This document shows, piece by piece, positions 26,424 through 30,117 of a stretch of 30,117 bases of DNA. The stretch is taken from positions 1 to 30,117 of the forward strand of contig JBBTVW010000051.1 of NCBI GenBank assembly GCA_038063075.1. The letters run 5' to 3'. The notes under the pieces are model-generated. The model saw only the letters and a program-made list of their open reading frames with translations, was not told where the DNA came from and ran no database searches. This stretch comes from Patescibacteria group bacterium (GTDB taxonomy: Bacteria; Patescibacteriota; Microgenomatia; Levybacterales; UBA12049). The number at the start of each line of letters is the position of its first letter. Position 1 is the stretch's first letter. The position numbers and the translations under genes were made by a program.

Positions 26424-27455
26424 ATGATTATTTTAGGAATTGAAACAAGTTGTGACGAGACATCTGCAGCAATCATAGAAGCTTTAGGGAATAATAGTAA
26501 AGTAAACCTTCTTTCAAATATCATTGCTACTTCTCTATCATTCCATACCAAAACAGGAGGCATAATTCCCGAAGTTGCTGCAAGAGAACAAATTAAATAC
26601 ATTATTCCTGTTATTAATGAAAGCTTAACTAAAGCAAACTTAAAGTTATCTAATATAGATGCAATTGCCGTAACCATTGGGCCTGGTTTAATTGGATCAC
26701 TTCTAGTTGGTGTTGAAACCGCAAAAACATTTTCTTATATACTCCAAAAACCCATAATTTCTGTAAATCATTTGTTTGGGCATATGTATGCAAACTTTAT
26801 TAAAGATGAGAATTTAGAAAATAAAGAAATACAATTTCCCGCTCTTTCGCTTATTGTTTCTGGAGGACATACTGATTTAGTTTTAATAAAGGAGCATGGG
26901 AAAATAGAGTGGCTTGGAGGAACAAGAGATGACGCAGCTGGAGAAGCATTAGACAAAATTGGGAGACTTCTCGGTCTTACCTATCCAGCAGGACCTTTAA
27001 TAGAAAGTCTTGCAAAAAAAGGGGATAGTAAAAAATATAATTTTCCAAGACCCCTAATTACCTCTAATGATTTTGATTTTAGTTTTAGTGGCTTAAAAAC
27101 AGCAGTTTTAAGACAAGTAAATAGTTTACCATCGCTTACAAATATAGATATGGAGAATATTTGCGCATCGACTCAAAAAGCTATAATTGATATTTTAATT
27201 GCAAAAACAATAAAAGCTGCTAAAAAATATAGCGTAAAATCAATTCTTTTAGGAGGCGGTGTTGCTGCAAATCAAACACTAAAAGATGAACTTAAACAAA
27301 AAATTAACATTGATTTACCATCAGTTGATCTTTTTGTTCCTAATAAAAAATTTTGCACTGATAATGCTGCAATGATTGCCACAGCAGGCTTTTTTAATCA
27401 ACAGATACTCCCCTGGAAAAAAACAGAAGCAAACCCGCAACTTTACTTTGACTAA
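26424..27455 (+). CDS. tsaD: tRNA N6-adenosine threonylcarbamoyltransferase
   Basis: LGIETSCDETSAA, GGIIPEVAAR, GPGLIGSL, VSGGHT, DDAAGE, FSFSGLKT and CTDNAAMIA motifs. Confidence 0.97.
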   Translation: MIILGIETSCDETSAAIIEALGNNSKVNLLSNIIATSLSFHTKTGGIIPEVAAREQIKYIIPVINESLTKANLKLSNIDAIAVTIGPGLIGSLLVGVETAKTFSYILQKPIISVNHLFGHMYANFIKDENLENKEIQFPALSLIVSGGHTDLVLIKEHGKIEWLGGTRDDAAGEALDKIGRLLGLTYPAGPLIESLAKKGDSKKYNFPRPLITSNDFDFSFSGLKTAVLRQVNSLPSLTNIDMENICASTQKAIIDILIAKTIKAAKKYSVKSILLGGGVAANQTLKDELKQKINIDLPSVDLFVPNKKFCTDNAAMIATAGFFNQQILPWKKTEANPQLYFD

Positions 27456-27487
27456 TACTTGCTTTCTAATGATAAAATAGATAACAC

Positions 27488-28504
27488 ATGCAACAAGACC
27501 TGCTCATAATACTTATATTTATTCTTGCTGGATTTGGAATCCTCTTATTTTTTATAAATAAAAAACTTGATAATACTAACAACAGTAAAACTGACCAAGC
27601 ACTACTTGAATGGCTAAAAAGTATGCAAGTTTCCATCAACTCCTCTTCTAATAATATGGTAAAGACTCTCCAGGAAAATTCTAAACAATTAAATGAACGC
27701 TTAGAGAAAACAGCTATGGTTATAAAAGATGTAGAAAGAGAAGTTGGACAAATGAGTGAAATTGGAAGAAACATGAGAGAACTCCAGGATTTCTTAAAAA
27801 GCCCAAAACTTAGAGGCAATATTGGTGAACAAGTATTAAAAGATCTTATTGCCCAAATGTTTCCAAAAGAAAGCTTTTTTTTGCAATACACATTTAAATC
27901 AGGAGAAAAAGTAGACGCTGCAATTAAGACAGATGCTGGAATATTATCTATTGATTCAAAGTTTCCAATGGAAAATTTTCAAAAAATGTCAAAAGCAAAA
28001 GACGAGATGGAAAAAGAAATATTTCAAAAAGAATTTATTAGAGATTTAAGAAAACATATTGACGCAATTTCTCAAAAGTATATTGCACCAAGCGAGGGAA
28101 CAATGGATTTTGCCCTCATGTATGTTCCAAGTGAATCTGTGTATTACGAAGTAGTAAATTTACCCCAAGTTCTAGACTATGCCAGGAAACAAAGAGTTTA
28201 TATGGTTTCTCCATCAACACTTTATGCTCATTTACAAACCATACTTTTATCATTTGAAGGAAAAAGGATTGAGAGTAAGTCTAAAGAATTGTTTGCGCTT
28301 TTAAGAAATGTTTTAAACGACTATGAAAAGGTTGAAGAAAATTTATCAGTGCTTGGAAAACATATTAATAACTCATATGCTCAATTTTCAAACGTATCAA
28401 GTGGTTTTACAAGTATGGGAAACGAGCTGAAGTTGACAAGAAAGCTTGAATACAATAAAAAAGAAATTACACAAAATGATCAAAAAGGAGGTGAAATTTT
28501 ATGA
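27488..28504 (+). CDS. rmuC: DNA recombination protein RmuC
   Basis: TM helix plus coiled coil, then PKLRGNIGE, IDSKFP and DFALMYVPSESVY. Confidence 0.9.
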   Translation: MQQDLLIILIFILAGFGILLFFINKKLDNTNNSKTDQALLEWLKSMQVSINSSSNNMVKTLQENSKQLNERLEKTAMVIKDVEREVGQMSEIGRNMRELQDFLKSPKLRGNIGEQVLKDLIAQMFPKESFFLQYTFKSGEKVDAAIKTDAGILSIDSKFPMENFQKMSKAKDEMEKEIFQKEFIRDLRKHIDAISQKYIAPSEGTMDFALMYVPSESVYYEVVNLPQVLDYARKQRVYMVSPSTLYAHLQTILLSFEGKRIESKSKELFALLRNVLNDYEKVEENLSVLGKHINNSYAQFSNVSSGFTSMGNELKLTRKLEYNKKEITQNDQKGGEIL

Positions 28505-28926
28505 ATACAAAATTAATAGGAATCTCTTTAGTAGTTATAGTATTAGTGGTTGCTGCTGCACTTGTTTTAAAAACCAAAGACACAAGTAAAACCAATACAG
28601 CTACTACCAACCAAACGCCAACTATAACCACACAGCAAGCAATAGAAAAAAAACCTAACACAACTAGCGTAGTAGTTACAACTAACGGTTATGAACCAAA
28701 AAATATAACTATAAAACAAGGAGACAAAGTTAGTTGGACAAACCAAAGCGGTACAGAAGTTACTGTAAACTCTGATGTTCATCCAACCCATTTGCTTTGG
28801 CCATTCTTAAATCTTGGTAATTTTAAACAAGGAGAAATAGTTTCAGTAATCTTTGAAAAAGCTGGAACATATACCTACCATAATCACTTCAACTCAAGTC
28901 AAGTTGGATCAGTTAAGGTAGAATAA
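28501..28926 (+). CDS. Membrane-anchored cupredoxin-fold protein lacking the type-1 copper Cys/Met
   Basis: YEPKNITIKQGDKVSWTN and GTYTY...G.VKV fold signatures. SD GGAGGTGA is present. The protein has no Cys. Confidence 0.8.
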   Translation: MNTKLIGISLVVIVLVVAAALVLKTKDTSKTNTATTNQTPTITTQQAIEKKPNTTSVVVTTNGYEPKNITIKQGDKVSWTNQSGTEVTVNSDVHPTHLLWPFLNLGNFKQGEIVSVIFEKAGTYTYHNHFNSSQVGSVKVE

Positions 28927-28957
28927 TCTTATGTTTTCTCTGTGATACAATAGCTGC

Positions 28958-30117
28958 ATGAAGGCTGGTATTAATTTAGATAAAAATCAGTTAAATGCTG
29001 TTTTATTTGGTGATGGTCCACTACTAATAATTGCAGGTGCAGGTACTGGAAAAACCACTGTAATAACTGAAAGAATAAAATACCTTGTATTAGAGAAAAA
29101 AGTTAGCCCATCTCAAATTCTTGCGCTTACTTTTACAGAAAAATCTGCTTTTGAAATGGAAGAAAGAGTTGATAAGGCAATGCCCTATGGATATACGCAA
29201 ATGTGGATATCAACCTTTCATTCTTTTTGTGATCGAATACTTAGATCTGAAAGTATTCATATAGGACTTAATCCTTCATATAAACTAATGACTCAAGCAG
29301 AAAGTATTCTTTTCCTTAGGCAAAATTTATTTACCTTAAAACTAAATTATTTTAGACCTCTTGGTAATCCTAATAAATTCTTAGAGGCAATGCTACAACA
29401 CTTCTCAAGACTAAAAGATGAAGACATTTCACCAGAGGAATATATTAAATTTGTTAAAACTAATAAGGAAATTAAAAAAGATAAGGATGAGTATAAAAAA
29501 TATATAGAACTCTCCCATGCCTACAGTGCCTATGAAGATTTAAAGAAAAAGGAAGGTGTAATGGATTTTTCAGATCTTATCTCAAACACACTTTATCTTT
29601 TTAGAACCAGAAAAAATATTCTAAAACAATACCAGGATATGTTTATGTATGTTTTAGTAGATGAATTTCAAGATACAAACTATGCACAAAATGAACTAGC
29701 AATATTACTTGCAGACAACAGAAAAAATATTAATGTCGTTGGAGACGATGATCAATCAATTTATAGATTCAGAGGAAGCTCTATTTCAAATATCTTACAA
29801 TTTACAAAAAGATTTCCAAAAGCAAAAATTATTACTCTTACTAAAAACTTTAGATCTACAAAAGAAATACTAGATAAATCATATACTCTCATTCAAAACA
29901 ACAATCCCGATCGACTTGAAATAAAACAAAAAATTAATAAAAAGTTAATTTCTGCAAGAAATATTGATGGAATAAAAACAGAATTAATTTATAAACAAAG
30001 AGCAGAAGATGAAGCCTATGCTGTTGTAGAAAAAATTAAAGAGATTTATGACAATGGTAAAAAATATGAATATAAAGATTTTGCAATTTTAGTAAGAGCA
30101 AACGATCATGCAGATGC
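28958..30117 (+). CDS. UvrD/PcrA/Rep-family (SF1) DNA helicase, N-terminal part (runs off the window end)
   Basis: Manual translation shows IIAGAGTGKT, LALTFTEK, STFHSF, LVDEFQDTN, VVGDDDQSIYRFRG and AILVRAN. TGA-TACAAT lies 6 nt before the ATG. Confidence 0.93.
   Translation, partial: MKAGINLDKNQLNAVLFGDGPLLIIAGAGTGKTTVITERIKYLVLEKKVSPSQILALTFTEKSAFEMEERVDKAMPYGYTQMWISTFHSFCDRILRSESIHIGLNPSYKLMTQAESILFLRQNLFTLKLNYFRPLGNPNKFLEAMLQHFSRLKDEDISPEEYIKFVKTNKEIKKDKDEYKKYIELSHAYSAYEDLKKKEGVMDFSDLISNTLYLFRTRKNILKQYQDMFMYVLVDEFQDTNYAQNELAILLADNRKNINVVGDDDQSIYRFRGSSISNILQFTKRFPKAKIITLTKNFRSTKEILDKSYTLIQNNNPDRLEIKQKINKKLISARNIDGIKTELIYKQRAEDEAYAVVEKIKEIYDNGKKYEYKDFAILVRANDHAD

Noticed and set aside
277-28791. 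Short ORF-track entries antisense to or nested in real genes (277, 1369, 5546, 5613, 8713, 13225, 14681, 15472, 16577, 17636, 20560, 21053, 21815, 22557, 23271, 23811, 26420, 26768, 27466, 28467, 28567)
   Set aside because: They are shadows of well-supported genes, with no recognisable motifs or initiation signals.
1-30117. CRISPR arrays, tRNA/rRNA genes, known riboswitch classes, integrases or transposases
   Set aside because: No spaced repeats, cloverleafs or recognisable consensus sequences were found in any intergenic gap. An Infernal/Rfam scan would be needed to exclude divergent RNAs.

Overview
AT-rich bacterial chromosomal segment using the standard code (TGA, TAA and TAG all act as stops). 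Gene content, short intergenic regions and lineage-type hypothetical proteins suggest a Patescibacteria/CPR genome, probably Microgenomates (inference). Housekeeping genes: ftsE (partial), prfB without a frameshift, uppP, secA, serS, rdgB, class I lysS, kbl-tdh, greA, tsaD, rmuC and a partial UvrD/PcrA helicase. Envelope and transport genes: two GT-C glycosyltransferases, a VanW-family protein, an NRAMP-like transporter, an orphan solute-binding protein and a Cys-less cupredoxin. No tRNA, rRNA, CRISPR array, integrase or transposase was seen. The most interesting signals are absent from the ORF track: (1) a trp-type 1:2/2:3/3:4 attenuator with a 22-aa Lys-rich leader peptide (18651-18782); (2) a stand-alone micro-gene encoding MAKKKKKKK, with promoter, strong SD and terminator, upstream of secA; (3) a duplicated secA 3' end differing only at synonymous positions and bracketing a single 424-aa orphan gene; (4) a -10 box 6-7 nt before the ATG in at least 12 ORFs, indicating widespread leaderless mRNAs; (5) a 108-codon gene broken by one in-frame TAA. 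All family assignments come from motif recognition; no database search was run.
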